Below are positions 37,197 to 38,651 of a DNA stretch of 38,651 bases, one piece after another. A model generated the notes under the pieces. The model was given only the letters and a program-made list of their open reading frames with translations, was not told where the DNA came from and did no database searches. The position numbers and the translations under genes were made by a program. Each line of letters opens with the position of its first letter. Within the stretch, counting starts at the first letter, position 1. The stretch comes from an archaeon (lineage in GTDB: Archaea; Nanobdellota; Nanobdellia; Pacearchaeales; GW2011-AR1): the NCBI GenBank assembly GCA_043797265.1, contig JAZDPV010000007.1, forward strand, positions 1 through 38,651. Direction: 5' to 3'.

Positions 37197-37712
37197 ATGG
37201 TAGGGGGTAAGAGGCAGATGGTAGGAAGCAGGTCTAAGTTGGGGCAACAGGAGATTGTTGGATTTGTTTTGATAGTTGTGCTTGTGGTTGTTGGACTGAT
37301 GGTTTATTTGGTGATTTCATTGAAGGATTCGCCTGTCGCTGAAGATAGCGTCGCTGTTGGTAATATTTTGGATGTTATGATGAAGTATACGACTGAATGC
37401 GCCATTGTTTATGAGCCGGATTATGATAATTTTGAGGACCTGTTTAAGAGTTGTTATTTGGGAAACAGGTGTAAAAATTTGGGGGAGTCGGCGTGTGATT
37501 ATTTGAATGAGAGTTTGAGTTTGGTGCTCGGGAATTTGATGGCGAGTGATGCAAGTGTTGGTTTTTATGAACTGGATTTTTTTGCAGATGGTGGTGAAGG
37601 GCTTTTGAAAATTTCGGACGGGAATTGCAGTGGGGATGTTTCTGCGGCGCAAAGGAAAATTATTTCTGGTTCTGAAAGTTTAGTTATTAGAATGAAAGTT
37701 TGCGAAGTTTAG
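37197..37712 (+). CDS. Pilin-like protein, class III signal peptide
   Basis: SKLG/QQEIVGFVLIVVLVVVGL. Confidence 0.78.
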   Translation: MVGGKRQMVGSRSKLGQQEIVGFVLIVVLVVVGLMVYLVISLKDSPVAEDSVAVGNILDVMMKYTTECAIVYEPDYDNFEDLFKSCYLGNRCKNLGESACDYLNESLSLVLGNLMASDASVGFYELDFFADGGEGLLKISDGNCSGDVSAAQRKIISGSESLVIRMKVCEV

Positions 37713-38065
37713 ATGTCTATGATTATTTGTAATTTGTCGACTACAAGGACTGGCATTAGGGATTCTCTTTTGCCTATTTTTTCCGCGTGGAATTCGATGA
37801 ACCCGAATCTTTCCAAGATATTTACGTCTTCTCTTACAGATTTGAAATCTCGGCCCAGAAGTTTTGCAAGAGCGTAGATTGATTTTGGGTTTTGGGTTTT
37901 GAGTGCGTATAGTATTCTGGCTTTTTCGTTGCTTAGTATACTTCGTAATAATTTTATATCTGAGAAGTCGTGGGGTTTTTTTGCTCCGACGAATTTTGAA
38001 ACGAAGTTTCCTTTGTTTACATTCACGTCAACGTATCTTGTTTTTGTTTTCTTTTTTGTGTCCAT
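37709..38065 (-). CDS. Winged-HTH transcriptional regulator
   Basis: LS.EK.RIL......P.SIY.LAK.LGRDFKSV..DV..LE..GFI. Confidence 0.85.
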   Translation of the reverse strand: MDTKKKTKTRYVDVNVNKGNFVSKFVGAKKPHDFSDIKLLRSILSNEKARILYALKTQNPKSIYALAKLLGRDFKSVREDVNILERFGFIEFHAEKIGKRESLMPVLVVDKLQIIIDI

Positions 38066-38300
38066 ATATATTTGTGACCAATTTATTTGAATATATAAAT
38101 ATATGTTTTACATATGGGTATTTTTTTGCCATATATTTTTGTTTGATAAATAATAGTGGAGATTGAGGGCTCTCGAAAATGTTATTTTTTATTTGTGACA
38201 ACAGAAGTTTTATAAATAAACTTGAAAAAATTGGCATTTTTAGAGGATTTTTTGTGTAATCGGGATGATAAGATTTATATAGTGAAAATTCTTGGGATGT

Positions 38301-38530
38301 TCAGCGTTGTTGTTTATCAATGATGCGTTGACTAGTCAGTGTACATATAGGGACCTAGTGATGACAACTTATAACGCTCCCTAGTTATAAGGAAAAAAGT
38401 TTTTAGACTTCGAAAGATTGACTTTCGTTGCGAAAACTTTTCCGGCCAGGCTATTAGAAAACTGAACTCGCTTTCGCGGGGCCTTGAATAAGGCGGCTAA
38501 GCTAATAGTGCTGAAAGGAGGTTTAAAATA
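38301..38530 (+). ncRNA. Structured 5' leader of the S-layer gene (candidate cis-regulatory RNA)
   Basis: TATA box at 38274-38281, five or more stems, and SD AGGAGGT at 38516-38522. Confidence 0.55.
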
Positions 38531-38651
38531 ATGAAAAATATATTTAGAAAAGCTATTACGATTTTGGGAAGTGCTGCTTTGATTGGAATGACGGTAGGCG
38601 CGGCTTCGGCTGCTTCTTATCCATCTCCTTTTACAAGTAACACGGCTATTG
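38531..38651 (+). CDS. Probable S-layer protein, N-terminus (partial)
   Basis: MKNIFRKAITILGSAALIGMTVGAASAASYPSPF resembles archaeal S-layer signal peptides followed by YP.PF; strong SD. Confidence 0.75.
   Translation, partial: MKNIFRKAITILGSAALIGMTVGAASAASYPSPFTSNTAI

Overview
A 38.7 kb chromosomal segment of a DPANN archaeon, most consistent with Pacearchaeota (inferred from the PriS-fused primase, form III RuBisCO, class I LysRS, TrmY, PCNA, many G/Q-type class III signal peptides, leaderless TATA promoters and a 23S gene with no adjacent 5S). The left half is mostly housekeeping: the 23S rRNA 3' end, an RNase P RNA hidden under a spurious ORF, tRNA-Phe, cysS, RuBisCO, trmY, acylphosphatase, lysS, an unannotated short histone, an Hjc-like nuclease, primase and PCNA. 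The right half (22.1-37.7 kb) is a large surface-structure locus. It has an unannotated RHH regulator, six pilin-like class III signal peptide proteins and three paralogous giant Cys-rich proteins, with two MNT-HEPN toxin-antitoxin pairs interleaved. The top candidate novel system is an AT-rich island inside this locus. It encodes an unannotated 55-aa peptide with a CxxC-x4-CxxC core, a radical SAM/SPASM enzyme and a SAM methyltransferase, i.e. a putative RiPP cassette in a DPANN archaeon. Other notable items are a ~230-nt structured leader before the S-layer gene, arrays of hairpins separated by a constant 7-mer, heptamer tandem repeats invading signal peptides, and several duplication scars. 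All calls come from reading the sequence by eye; no database searches were run.
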